DNA of 34,633 nucleotides from an uncultured Cyanobium sp. (GCA_964628165.1 CAZVPB010000001.1:1-34633), one strand, 5' to 3'. Shown: positions 9,655 through 18,988, numbered from the stretch's first letter. A program made the numbers and translations. The notes: generated by a model not told the origin, from the letters alone.

Positions 9655-11247
9655 CTACGGCAGGGGCTGGGCCGCGAGGCCTCGGAAGACCCTTTGGGAC
9701 TGCTCGCTGAGTTCCTGGTCCCGCGTCTGGGCAGCCAACTGGTGCTCGATCTGCTGCCGCACGATGTCACGGTAGTCCATGAAATGCTCGTTGTGAGCAC
9801 ACACGGCAAGGTACTGCTCCACCACGCGCGGGTTGACCTGAAGCAGGTGGAACAGGTGGTGCCAGAAGGCCCAGCGGGTGGAACGCAGAACTCCCTGGCG
9901 CCAGGACACGATCAGCAGGGCCCGCAGCACGACGGGATCGGGAAATCTGAACGACGATCTTACCCGCGGCGGACCGAGCTTGAGGAAATAGCGATAGACC
10001 CTGTCGAGGTACTTGTGGGGCTCGTAGAGTTGACAGAAGGCATCTACATACTCGTGAGCAATATCCTCCACGGGCCGGGTGGGAACGAAGTTCATCAAAG
10101 TGGTCTGGTTGATGTTGCCATCCTTCGCAATCAGTCGCCCTTCCTTCGCCAACCGATGCCACAGCGCCGTGTGGGGAAGTGCCTGCAACATGGCGAAGGT
10201 GGTGGTGGGAATACCAGCCGCCTCCGAGAAGGCCACGATCCGCTCCCCGGCGCCCTCCTTCTCACCATCGAAGCCGATGATGAACCCAGCGATCACCCGC
10301 AGTCCGGAGCGTGTAACCCTGTCGATCGAGTCGAGAAGAGGAGAGCGGGTGTTCTGAAATTTCATCGTGGCGGCCAGACTCTCAGTGTCGGGTGTTTCAA
10401 TCCCCATGAAGACAGCAGCAAAGTTGCAGGCGAGCATCTGATCGATCAGTGGCTGATCATCCGCCAGATCGAGGGAGACTTCGGTGTCGAAACGGAAGGG
10501 GTAGCCATGTTCTCTCTGCCATGTCTCAAGGGCTGTGAGCATGAGCTTCACATTGCGCTTGTTGCCGATGAAGTTGTCGTCAACCATGAAGACTCCACCG
10601 CGCCAACCAATCTCAAAGAGCCGGTTCAGCTCGCCGATCAGCTGCTCTGGCGTCTTCGTGCGAGGTTTGCGTCCATAGAGCACGATGATGTCGCAGAACT
10701 CGCACTGGAAAGGGCAGCCACGCGAGAACTGCACGCTCATCGAGTCGTAGGCACGCAACTCCAGCAGGTCGTAACGGGGGATCGGCGTAGAGGTGACATC
10801 CGGCTTGACCCCCTCTGCGGTGAAGCGGCCGCTGCTCTCGCCCCGCTTGAGGGCTTCCACGAAAAGTGGAAGGGTAATCTCCCCCTCATCAAGAATGAGG
10901 TAGTCGGCTCCGGCGGCAACCAGTTCCTCCGGAGTGGAGGTTGGGTAGGGTCCACCGACGGCGACCGGCTTCGAATGCTGGCGGGCGAGATTGATCTGCC
11001 GAATGATATCCTCCTTTTGGACGATCATCGCCGACATGATCACGAGGTCCGCCCAGTCCCATTCCTCCTCGGAAACCGGCCGGATGTTCACATCCACCAA
11101 CCGGAAGTTCCAATGTTGCGGCAGAATGGCTGCCACCGTGATCAGACCAAGGGGTGGGAGCAGAACCTTTCGGTTGACCAGCTCCAGAATCTTCTCATAA
11201 CTCCAGAATGTCTTGGGAAACTCTGGATACACCAACAGTGTGTTCAA
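9655..11247 (-). CDS. B12-binding domain radical SAM protein (DUF4070-containing family)
   Basis: N-terminal cobalamin-binding region (PPLGLITVAA, VAVGGPYPT, DEGE), CxxxCxxC motif RGCPFQCEFC, and VDDNFIGN. TTG start. Confidence 0.92.
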   Translation of the reverse strand: MNTLLVYPEFPKTFWSYEKILELVNRKVLLPPLGLITVAAILPQHWNFRLVDVNIRPVSEEEWDWADLVIMSAMIVQKEDIIRQINLARQHSKPVAVGGPYPTSTPEELVAAGADYLILDEGEITLPLFVEALKRGESSGRFTAEGVKPDVTSTPIPRYDLLELRAYDSMSVQFSRGCPFQCEFCDIIVLYGRKPRTKTPEQLIGELNRLFEIGWRGGVFMVDDNFIGNKRNVKLMLTALETWQREHGYPFRFDTEVSLDLADDQPLIDQMLACNFAAVFMGIETPDTESLAATMKFQNTRSPLLDSIDRVTRSGLRVIAGFIIGFDGEKEGAGERIVAFSEAAGIPTTTFAMLQALPHTALWHRLAKEGRLIAKDGNINQTTLMNFVPTRPVEDIAHEYVDAFCQLYEPHKYLDRVYRYFLKLGPPRVRSSFRFPDPVVLRALLIVSWRQGVLRSTRWAFWHHLFHLLQVNPRVVEQYLAVCAHNEHFMDYRDIVRQQIEHQLAAQTRDQELSEQSQRVFRGLAAQPLP

Positions 11248-11618
11248 ATGTTCGCTCCAGAAGTGGGAGGTGACGAGCAGGTGCTTTCACCTCGCCGTAA
11301 TTCACTCTCGCACGGATTTCTGACGTTCCCTTGAGCGGATTCCCGCCATGACGATGGACAGCGGAATCAGGAGGCCAAGAAGGGGCGGGCGCTGCCCATA
11401 CCCCAGATCAATCCCTGCAGGATGAATGGGCTGATCGCCCTGAGGAATCTGCGGCTTGGCGCTGAGGGAGCTGTGCACAACAGGCTGAACAGAGGAGTGA
11501 TGCACAGAAATGGACCTACGCCCACCCGGAGGGAACATAGAAAGGAACCGGGAAATGAAGGAGATGACCCTGGACAGCGCGGAACGGAAAGCCGAAGGAT
11601 CTCTGGTTTCCTAGTCAG

Positions 11619-12374
11619 TCAGTTGTCTGAGAGATTGGAGTCACACATATCCCTTACTCGAAAAGGAGCAGGAGTTTTAACCAACTCAAGAACCTCCGTG
11701 AGTCCATCATGGCCCTGGTCGTAGGGGGTCGAGACGAACCGCCCGCTCCAGCAGGGGGGAAGTTCATCCAGAAGGGACTCGGCGAAGGGATGCCGCCGGG
11801 CCTGGCGCTCAATCGTGTGGGCTGGATACAGACGTACCGCCATGCGGCTGACGCGCAGCAATTCGATCAGTGCATTCCGGTGCCATGCGAAGTCCAGTTC
11901 CTTTCCCAGCATCAGGCCACCATCAGCTATTGAGGAATAGCTAAACAAGAGATGTCCGCTCAGCACCAGATCAAAACTGCCATCCGCGAAGGGTAACTCT
12001 GGCAAACTGGCAGGAATATAATGCTCCGGAGAGGCACGTCGATCCGCTAAAAACACTTCAAGGGCATCGAGATGTTCCTGACGGCAGGCCGCCAGATCAA
12101 AGTCAGGACGGATCGCTGGATCACCCGCCTGCACAGCCATGGCGCGATCGAGGTCAGCCAGAGCGCGCTGTCTCAGGGTGTCCTCGTCCAGGGAGTAGAG
12201 CGGATCAACCGCAGTCACCTCAAAGCCCTGCGCCCGCAGTACAGCCGAGAGGGAGCCCGGGCCACCGGGACAGTCGAGCACTCTGGCACCACGCCACTCC
12301 CGAAGATCAAGGTTGAACATCGTCAGCGCCTGCTCCCCAAGACGTCCGTAGAACACCACTCGGGTGAATTCCAT
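11619..12374 (-). CDS. Class I SAM-dependent methyltransferase-like protein
   Basis: RVLDCPGGPGS (motif I) and LPELPFADGSFDLVLSGHLLF. Likely start is MEFTRVVFYGR, although the ORF is open to 12491. Confidence 0.8.
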   Translation of the reverse strand: MEFTRVVFYGRLGEQALTMFNLDLREWRGARVLDCPGGPGSLSAVLRAQGFEVTAVDPLYSLDEDTLRQRALADLDRAMAVQAGDPAIRPDFDLAACRQEHLDALEVFLADRRASPEHYIPASLPELPFADGSFDLVLSGHLLFSYSSIADGGLMLGKELDFAWHRNALIELLRVSRMAVRLYPAHTIERQARRHPFAESLLDELPPCWSGRFVSTPYDQGHDGLTEVLELVKTPAPFRVRDMCDSNLSDN

Positions 12375-12708
12375 GACAGCAACCTGATGAAGCATCAACA
12401 TACCTGGTCCCCACTGCCTTGAAGGGGGCAGCGACATCGCGACCTTGGAGTCAGCGAAAGCATCAGGCAACGTGTTTGCATCATCCTCCAACCCCTGAGA
12501 ATCGGGTGCCTCAATCCCCGAATGATCTGCGCTTCAATGCCTGCAAGGGCATCAAGTAAAGAATTGACGACGCCTCTTCTTGCGACCTGAAAACCATTGG
12601 CGCATCGGAAATCGCCGAAACACCCCTACTTCAGTGCATAGCCATCGGCTTGCAGTGTTGGTCGAGTATCCTCTCTCTCGCTCCCGCCCGGGCACACTCT
12701 TGATAACC

Positions 12709-12714
12709 GGAGGA
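12709..12714 (+). promoter_or_regulatory. Shine-Dalgarno sequence GGAGGA
   Basis: GGAGGA lies 5 nt before the ATG at 12720. Confidence 0.5.
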
Positions 12715-12719
12715 CACCG

Positions 12720-12914
12720 ATGACGACCTTGAGCCGGCAGGGAAGGCATCTTCTTGCCGAGTTGGAGGCAGGAGAGGAGCAAGAGTTGCCGTTGGTAGAT
12801 GCCCATGCCCTCAACGATCCGCACAATGGTCCTGTGGGCTCCTGGCCTGCCGTTCCGTTCGCCGCAGGTCCATGTCCGCCACCGGTCTTCAGCGCCTGCT
12901 CGACGATGCACTGA
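12720..12914 (+). CDS. Candidate small protein/peptide (64 aa)
   Basis: Strong SD at good spacing. It overlaps the 5' end of the acyl-CoA ligase gene by 43 nt in another frame. No recognised family. Confidence 0.35.
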   Translation: MTTLSRQGRHLLAELEAGEEQELPLVDAHALNDPHNGPVGSWPAVPFAAGPCPPPVFSACSTMH

Positions 12915-14374
12915 ACCTGAATCCCACACACCCCGCCCTGCTGGCCCCCGGGCCTCCCCTGAACTACAGCGAGCTGCACGCAGCTGTTGCCGCTGTGGCC
13001 GCGGGCCTCTGGGCTCACGGAATCCGGCCGGGAGAGCGGGTCGGCTGGCGTCTGCCCAACGGCCCCGAGGCCGTTCTGCTCTCCCTGGCCTGCACCCGGA
13101 TCGGGGCGATCTCCGTTCCGCTCAACGAGCGACTGGCCGCTGCGGAAGTGCAGTCGATGCTCGCCAGCATCGAACCCCGGGTTGTCGTGTTGCCGGCCGA
13201 TGAGGTCAGAGACGCAGACATCCCTGGCCATGCCGTGCTGCCCTGGCCGGCCCTTCTCGGGATGTCGCCCATCGAGCCGGTGGAGAATCTGCCCGAGGAC
13301 CATCCTGCGCTGATTCTCTTCACCTCCGGCAGCACAGGAAGACCGAAGGGGGTGGTGCACACCCACCGGGGCTGCCTGGCGGCAATCGACAGCTGCCGGT
13401 TGGCGCTGGATCTGGAGCCCGGAGACGTGGTTCTCGTGGGCAAGCCTCTCTGCCATGCGGGCGGCCTCCAGACCCAGCTGCTGCCCAGCCTGCGCGCCGG
13501 TGCCGGGGTGGTGCTGGCGATGCGGCCGTCTCCGGCCGCATCCGTGGCGCTGATCCATCAGTACGGAATCACCGAGTTCGGCCTGCTGGCCAGCGATCTG
13601 CTCGATCTCGTCGACCACCTCGAAGCGCATGGGGTGGCCCTTCCCACCCTGCGCACCGTGATCGGATCGGGTGACACCGTGCCCCTGGAACTGCAGGAGC
13701 GGTTCCGCAGATTGTTCGGCTGGACGGTGCTGGAGGGCTGCGGCATGACCGAGGTGGGTGGCTACTACGCCATGCAGCCGATCCACGGCGAGCGGAAGCC
13801 GGGCTCCCTGGGACTGCCCACCCCGGGTACCGAGCTGCGGCTGCTGCCGCCATCGGGAACCATGGAGGTGGAGCAGGGGGAGGTGGGGGAGATCGCGGTG
13901 CGCACGGCCTCCGCCACGGTCGGCTACTGGAAGAACCCCGAAGCCACGCGGTCGCTGTTCCGGGACGGCTGGCTGATGAGCGGCGATCTCGCCCGCCGCG
14001 ACGCCGAGGGCACGCTCTGGTTCTGCGGGCGTCGCAAGCTGGTGATCGTGCGCCGTGGCTCGAACATCGCCCCGGCGGAGATCGAGGAGGCGCTCGATGC
14101 CCACCCCGCGGTGCATGCTTCGGTGGTGGTGGGCGTGCCCCATCCCCGCGATGGCGAGGTGCCGGTGGCCTGGATCCAGGCGCAGCCCGGAGTCGCCTTG
14201 CCCGATGAGGAGGGTCTGAGGGGCTACCTGGCCGAACGGCTGGCGGCCTACAAGCTGCCGGTGCGCTACCTGCCCATCACCGAGCTCCCCCGCAACAGCA
14301 CCGGCAAGTTCGACCGGGTGCAACTCCGGGAGGGGGCAATCTCCCGGTCGGGCCTGGAGGCGGACTCTGAGTGA
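12872..14374 (+). CDS. Class I adenylate-forming enzyme (acyl-CoA ligase / AMP-binding)
   Basis: FTSGSTGRPKG, GCGMTE, SGDL, GRRK...GSNIAPAEIE and LPRNSTGK motifs. Confidence 0.92.
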   Translation: MSATGLQRLLDDALNLNPTHPALLAPGPPLNYSELHAAVAAVAAGLWAHGIRPGERVGWRLPNGPEAVLLSLACTRIGAISVPLNERLAAAEVQSMLASIEPRVVVLPADEVRDADIPGHAVLPWPALLGMSPIEPVENLPEDHPALILFTSGSTGRPKGVVHTHRGCLAAIDSCRLALDLEPGDVVLVGKPLCHAGGLQTQLLPSLRAGAGVVLAMRPSPAASVALIHQYGITEFGLLASDLLDLVDHLEAHGVALPTLRTVIGSGDTVPLELQERFRRLFGWTVLEGCGMTEVGGYYAMQPIHGERKPGSLGLPTPGTELRLLPPSGTMEVEQGEVGEIAVRTASATVGYWKNPEATRSLFRDGWLMSGDLARRDAEGTLWFCGRRKLVIVRRGSNIAPAEIEEALDAHPAVHASVVVGVPHPRDGEVPVAWIQAQPGVALPDEEGLRGYLAERLAAYKLPVRYLPITELPRNSTGKFDRVQLREGAISRSGLEADSE

Positions 14375-14582
14375 TTCCGATGACCACCGAGGGGCCGGAG
14401 ACCTCGCCGATCAGCTCGAGGTGGCTGCGCTGATCACCCGCCCCGCAGGAGGAGGGAAAGAAAACTCTGCTGAAGCTCCAGGCAAGCCTGCCCGGTGCAG
14501 CGAGATTCATGAAGTGAACTCGAAGAATCGCAGGTCTGACCAATGAGGTTTCATCCCTGCGACTGAAGAGGGAATCGCCGCT

Positions 14583-15380
14583 TCAGGGATGTGGGGAGAC
14601 CTTCTGGAGCCAGCCGACCGTGAGATCCTCAGGGTCTGTCTGAAGATAGAAATAGCCGGAACCATCGGCCATGACAACGGCCCGATAGTTGTAGGCCACA
14701 CCCTCACTGTCGCGCTGCACAATGGTGCCCAGGCAATTCGAGGCAACACTGGCTGACCCGGAGTAGGATGCCGACTGCTGAACTCCTGCGTAGCTGCTCA
14801 AGGCCACACCATCGACGCGGCGGTTCTTCCATCGCTCTCTCTGAATCACAGCGTTGGGGATCCACCCCTTCTGCCATGTGAACCCCTGCTGTTCACTCAG
14901 GACCGTACCCTCCAGGCTCGCGTCGCGACAAACTTCGTTCACCTGACGCCGAAAGATTCCCGTGATCGTGGCGCCAGGAAACTCAGTGAGGCTGTAGTGA
15001 GGTCGACCGGAGATGTCGAGAAACGCCTGCGCGTCGAGATGCGCAGCGGTGTCTGGTGCGAGCGGTTGCCGCCTGAGGAGAGCCCGACAACCCGGCAGAG
15101 GCTGGATGACTCCCCGGTATTCGATCTCTCGGAAGTCTTTGCCGATACGTTCGAACACCCTTCCTTCAATGGTGCCGTCAGCCTGCCATTCCTCCTGCAG
15201 GAGGCGGGCTGTCGGCTCCCTCCTCTCAGAAGCAGAAAACGATCCCCTCTCCATCACCACGTAGCGTGCCGGCACCAATGGGACGCAACCGTCGTCAGGC
15301 GCAGCAGCAATCACAGGTGTGGAGGAGAGAAGAAGGGGAAGAAGACTGGGAACGATTCGATGCCAGCCACGAAGGAACAC
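14583..15380 (-). CDS. Secreted hypothetical protein with two tandem beta-rich domains
   Basis: Signal peptide (IVPSLLPLLLSSTPVIAA) and an internal duplication with two Cys per repeat. Confidence 0.7.
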   Translation of the reverse strand: MFLRGWHRIVPSLLPLLLSSTPVIAAAPDDGCVPLVPARYVVMERGSFSASERREPTARLLQEEWQADGTIEGRVFERIGKDFREIEYRGVIQPLPGCRALLRRQPLAPDTAAHLDAQAFLDISGRPHYSLTEFPGATITGIFRRQVNEVCRDASLEGTVLSEQQGFTWQKGWIPNAVIQRERWKNRRVDGVALSSYAGVQQSASYSGSASVASNCLGTIVQRDSEGVAYNYRAVVMADGSGYFYLQTDPEDLTVGWLQKVSPHP

Positions 15381-15777
15381 GGAGTACTTATGCAGCGACC
15401 TGTGTCCTCAGGATGGCATGCCCGATCGTTCTGCGGACAGGGTTTCCAGGAACAGCCAGCAAGACGGAACGGGAAAGCCCTTCGGTACATGCTCAGGAGG
15501 AGTAACAGTCTTGGCTACGCTGTTCATTCGAAAGCTGTTCAGAAGCGGAAGAGAGGCATGCTGGCTGCTTGGTCAGCCAGGTCGCCAGAAAACCGGAAAA
15601 CCCTTTTCTCCCACCCTTGTTCTGTGGATGAAGCTGCCGTTCTGATCAGCACAGCAGTCTTGCCCATCACCAAGGGGTTCTTCATTGCGTTTCTGTGCGT
15701 TAGCGCCTTCTCCACAGAAGCTTGCTCGGGCCTTGATGCTTCACTGGAATCCAGAGCCAGCGGATCATGCCGTGATC

Positions 15778-17472
15778 ATGCAAGGGCAGGAGTCGACCGG
15801 CGCAGCGGCGCTCCTCGATCAGATGGAGGTCAGCGGAATCAGCCGCCTGTTCGCGTCACCGATTGCGGTGATGGCGCCGGTCTGGGAAGAGCTGGTCCGC
15901 CGTGAAGGCAAGACCCCGCTCCACTACCACCGCTGCCGCCACGAGTTGCTCGCCGTTGCCCTGGCATCGGGGTACTACCAGATCACTGGAGAGCCCCAGG
16001 TCGTGTTTCTTCCCACCAACCTGGGAGTGCAGAACGGGTCGATGGGTCTGCGTTCAGCGATGCAGGATCACGTGCCCATGGTGGTCATCTCCATGGATTC
16101 CCTTAGCTGGGGGGAGGATCCGGCCACCGATCCCGGTCTGGAATGGCCCTCACTTCTGGCCCATGCCGCTGGACCTGCCCGGTCTGGCGAGGCGGTTGTG
16201 AAGTGGGCCAGGGAAGTGCGCACCGCTTCGGCTGTTCTGCATGAGTGGCGACGTGCCCATTACATGGCCAGGGCGATCCCCCGCGGACCCACCCTGCTCG
16301 AGGTACCGGTCGACCTGCTGATGGGTCCGGCCAGCCCGCTGCAGCGACCCTCGCTCGATTGCCCTGGGGTCGTTGCGCCGGAGGAGCAGATCCTCAGGCT
16401 TGCCGACCTGCTCCTACGGGCAGTAAATCCGATCATCCGCACTGATTATGCGGGCCGAACGGACCAGGGTCGAAAAGCTCTTCTGGAGATTGCCGAAATC
16501 CTGCAGGCCCCTGTGTATGAGTTCTTCATGCCAAGCCACCACAGTTTTCCTCGCAGCCATCCCCTCCATGGCGCCGGGGCGATCGAGGCGGTGATCGCGG
16601 AAGCGGACGTGATCCTTCTGGCTGGTGTGGACGCCCCCTGGCACCCGCCTCTTCAGACCCTCAAGCCCGACTGCGCTGTGGTGCATGTGGCCGAGGATCC
16701 CCTTCGGCCACGGTCCTCGTACTGGGGATATGCCACGACCCATACGCTTGCGGGAGATGTACCTGGCAACCTGGCTGCCCTCGCGCGGGCGCTTCGCGCA
16801 AAGAGCCACAGCCCCCCCGATCGGACAGAGCGCTGGACCGGTTACCTCGAGAAGAAGAGATCTGAGCAAAGAGAGCAAGCGCAGCATCTCATAGAAACGG
16901 TAGAAAGGGCTGTCGCAGCTCCATACCTCTTTCAAGCACTTCATGATGCCTTGCCAGAAGACACTATCTTCGTCGATGAGATCGTCTGCCAGATCGATTT
17001 CTATCTGAGCGAGCTCTTCAGACGCAAGCCCTTCAGGCAGGTCCGTGGCTGGCATGGAGCTCTTGGCACCGGCCTGGGGGTCGCCCTTGGCGTCAGGTTG
17101 GCGTGTCCGGAATCTATGGTGGTATGCATCATCGGAGATGGTGCCTGGCATTACAACCCAGTGCCAGCTGCCCTGGGATTTTCCCAGGAATATGCCACAC
17201 CCCTTTTCATCGTGGTCTGCAATAATGGCCAATATGCCTCCCAGACCGCCAATCTCCAGAAGTTCTACCCCAATGGGGCGGCAGTACAGGAGGGCAATTG
17301 CGTCGGCAACGTCATTCATCCCATGCCCGATTACTTCAAGGCTGCCGAGGGCTACGGAGGTGCCGGCGAAAGGATCAGCCACCAGTCCGCCCTTACCTCA
17401 GGCATCTTGCGCGCGCTTCAATCGGTGAAGTCTGGACAGACCTACATTCTGGATGTTCTGGTTACACCTTGA
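15778..17472 (+). CDS. Thiamine-diphosphate-dependent enzyme (acetolactate synthase / 2-oxoacid decarboxylase family)
   Basis: Catalytic RHE Glu, PRGPTLLEVP, GALGTGLGVALG, and the ThDP motif GDGAWHY...VCNNGQY. Likely start MQGQESTG; the ORF is open from 15685. Confidence 0.92.
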   Translation: MQGQESTGAAALLDQMEVSGISRLFASPIAVMAPVWEELVRREGKTPLHYHRCRHELLAVALASGYYQITGEPQVVFLPTNLGVQNGSMGLRSAMQDHVPMVVISMDSLSWGEDPATDPGLEWPSLLAHAAGPARSGEAVVKWAREVRTASAVLHEWRRAHYMARAIPRGPTLLEVPVDLLMGPASPLQRPSLDCPGVVAPEEQILRLADLLLRAVNPIIRTDYAGRTDQGRKALLEIAEILQAPVYEFFMPSHHSFPRSHPLHGAGAIEAVIAEADVILLAGVDAPWHPPLQTLKPDCAVVHVAEDPLRPRSSYWGYATTHTLAGDVPGNLAALARALRAKSHSPPDRTERWTGYLEKKRSEQREQAQHLIETVERAVAAPYLFQALHDALPEDTIFVDEIVCQIDFYLSELFRRKPFRQVRGWHGALGTGLGVALGVRLACPESMVVCIIGDGAWHYNPVPAALGFSQEYATPLFIVVCNNGQYASQTANLQKFYPNGAAVQEGNCVGNVIHPMPDYFKAAEGYGGAGERISHQSALTSGILRALQSVKSGQTYILDVLVTP

Positions 17473-17634
17473 CATACGTGGCACAAGCAGCCGGCGAGTC
17501 CATTGATCAGGTCGTGGGCAGGAAGGCCTTGCGCCGGAGGGTGATGACCGACTCACATGATGCAACGATCAATACGTCGATGAGGACTTAATGTATTGCA
17601 GGTCAAGATTGATTCCTTCCAGGAGCATGCCTTC

Positions 17635-18072
17635 ATGAGTCCAGAAGACAAGGCTGCCATTCTGTCTGCACAGAAAGCGTGGTTCGTGGCCCTCAATGCG
17701 ATGCTCTCAGGCGATCCAGCGCCATTTGCTGACATCTATTCCCACTCCGATGATGTTTCCTACATGTCTGCTGAGGGTGGGCTCCGTGTTGGATGGGAAG
17801 CGACATGGACGGACTGGCAGGCCCAGGCAACGCTGGCTCGGGGCGGCCACATGGAGGAAGTCGAGAAGCACATCACCATGAATGGAGACATGGCTGTTGT
17901 GCAATTCATTGAAAAGGGCATCATCACCAACACTGAAGGCAAAGAAGTGGAGCAGATGGCCAGAGAAACATCGGTGTATCGAAGGGAAGATGGCATCTGG
18001 AAGATGATTGCGCATCATGCAGATGCCATCCCCAGCTGGATTGGCATGGCAGGAAGTGCCAGATCAGCGTGA
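17635..18072 (+). CDS. SnoaL-like / NTF2-family protein (YybH/DUF4440 type)
   Basis: GD....DIYS..DDV, GGLRVGWEA, GDMAVV and RETSVYRREDGIWKMIAHHAD. The start could be 17596. Confidence 0.85.
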   Translation: MSPEDKAAILSAQKAWFVALNAMLSGDPAPFADIYSHSDDVSYMSAEGGLRVGWEATWTDWQAQATLARGGHMEEVEKHITMNGDMAVVQFIEKGIITNTEGKEVEQMARETSVYRREDGIWKMIAHHADAIPSWIGMAGSARSA

Positions 18073-18171
18073 TACGGACTCACGGAGTTCTCTTAAGGAA
18101 ATTCTCCAAGCATCCCTCTCACAGAAGCAGCATTTCTGAATCGTTATCTAAGCAGTGATGATCCAAGCATT

Positions 18172-18627
18172 TCAATGCAGGAGCTGACCACCGCGATCAC
18201 CCTTGAATTCCGCAAAGCTCACCAGTTCTCCATCAGGGCCTTGCGCAAAGATGAAATCATAGTCACCTCTTGATGAGTCCTCAACAACCAGGGCGCCAAG
18301 ACGTTTCAGGGCTTCGCGAACTCTACCAAGATCATTGACGTGGAATCCAAAGTGATTCAGTCCTAAAACATCCTTGCGAGCAATTCTTGGCCGATGACAG
18401 GGTGATCGATCAAGATGGCATATGATTTCCACCAAGGCATTGCATAGTGGATGATAAAGATATTGCATTTTAATGGATTCTCTCTCAATTGCCAACTGAT
18501 TGTCGGCGCTGAACCCAAGCGCTGTATAGAAAGCGAGAGAACGCTCTAGGTCAGATGTGCTGATGCAGACATGGAACCCAGTGCTTCTGATGAGGTCCTG
18601 ATCAAAGCCTGAATCTCTGGCGCTCAT
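18172..18627 (-). CDS. VOC (glyoxalase/bleomycin-resistance) family protein
   Basis: FHVCISTSDLERSLAFYTALGF, GLNHFGFHVNDL and GPDGELVSF. Confidence 0.85.
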   Translation of the reverse strand: MSARDSGFDQDLIRSTGFHVCISTSDLERSLAFYTALGFSADNQLAIERESIKMQYLYHPLCNALVEIICHLDRSPCHRPRIARKDVLGLNHFGFHVNDLGRVREALKRLGALVVEDSSRGDYDFIFAQGPDGELVSFAEFKGDRGGQLLH

Positions 18628-18649
18628 CAGACTTTCCCGCAAGATCAGA

Positions 18650-18988
18650 CTAATCGTTATCGATGACGAATGAAATGCCGAAGCAGCACCTCTTCCCATC
18701 AAGCTCGCCTGCCCACTTACAGACATTCAGCGTTGCGTGGCCATGCCTGGATTTCTGCACGTACTCATGAAGATACTCCGTCTTCCCCGACTCAAGCACC
18801 TTTCGATCATGGGCCTGAAGAGCTTCAGCATCATTCGCCCAGATCAGATCATTGTCCTTTTTCCCGACAACGTTTTCTCCTGCCAGGTCACAAATCGCTT
18901 TGTTGCCAAAGAGATGAACACCATTTTCGTCCTTTGCCCAGAGCAGAAAAGGTACGGAATCGAAGGCTTCAAGATCCTGGAGTCGCAT
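18650..18988 (-). CDS. Stand-alone PAS domain protein
   Basis: FDSVPFLLWAKDENG....N...CDLAG..VVGK.D.DL...A......D.KVLESG is a PAS_4-like pattern. There is no output domain. Confidence 0.8.
   Translation of the reverse strand: MRLQDLEAFDSVPFLLWAKDENGVHLFGNKAICDLAGENVVGKKDNDLIWANDAEALQAHDRKVLESGKTEYLHEYVQKSRHGHATLNVCKWAGELDGKRCCFGISFVIDND

Noticed and set aside
9655-11247. Calling the radical SAM gene hpnP
   Set aside because: It has the general family motifs but no hopanoid gene context, so orthology cannot be shown by eye.
9694-11334. 546-aa ORF antisense to the radical SAM gene
   Set aside because: Shadow frame of a well-supported gene, with no motifs of its own.
14375-14546. Frame reading ...DLADQLEVAALITR..., reminiscent of a SnoaL-type N-terminus after the ligase
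   Set aside because: No convincing start codon, and the similarity is too short to call a pseudogene.
15381-15777. Possible TPP or cobalamin riboswitch upstream of the ThDP enzyme (GGGAA and AGCCAG fragments)
   Set aside because: The conserved cores and their spacing could not be assembled by eye. An Rfam/Infernal scan would settle it.
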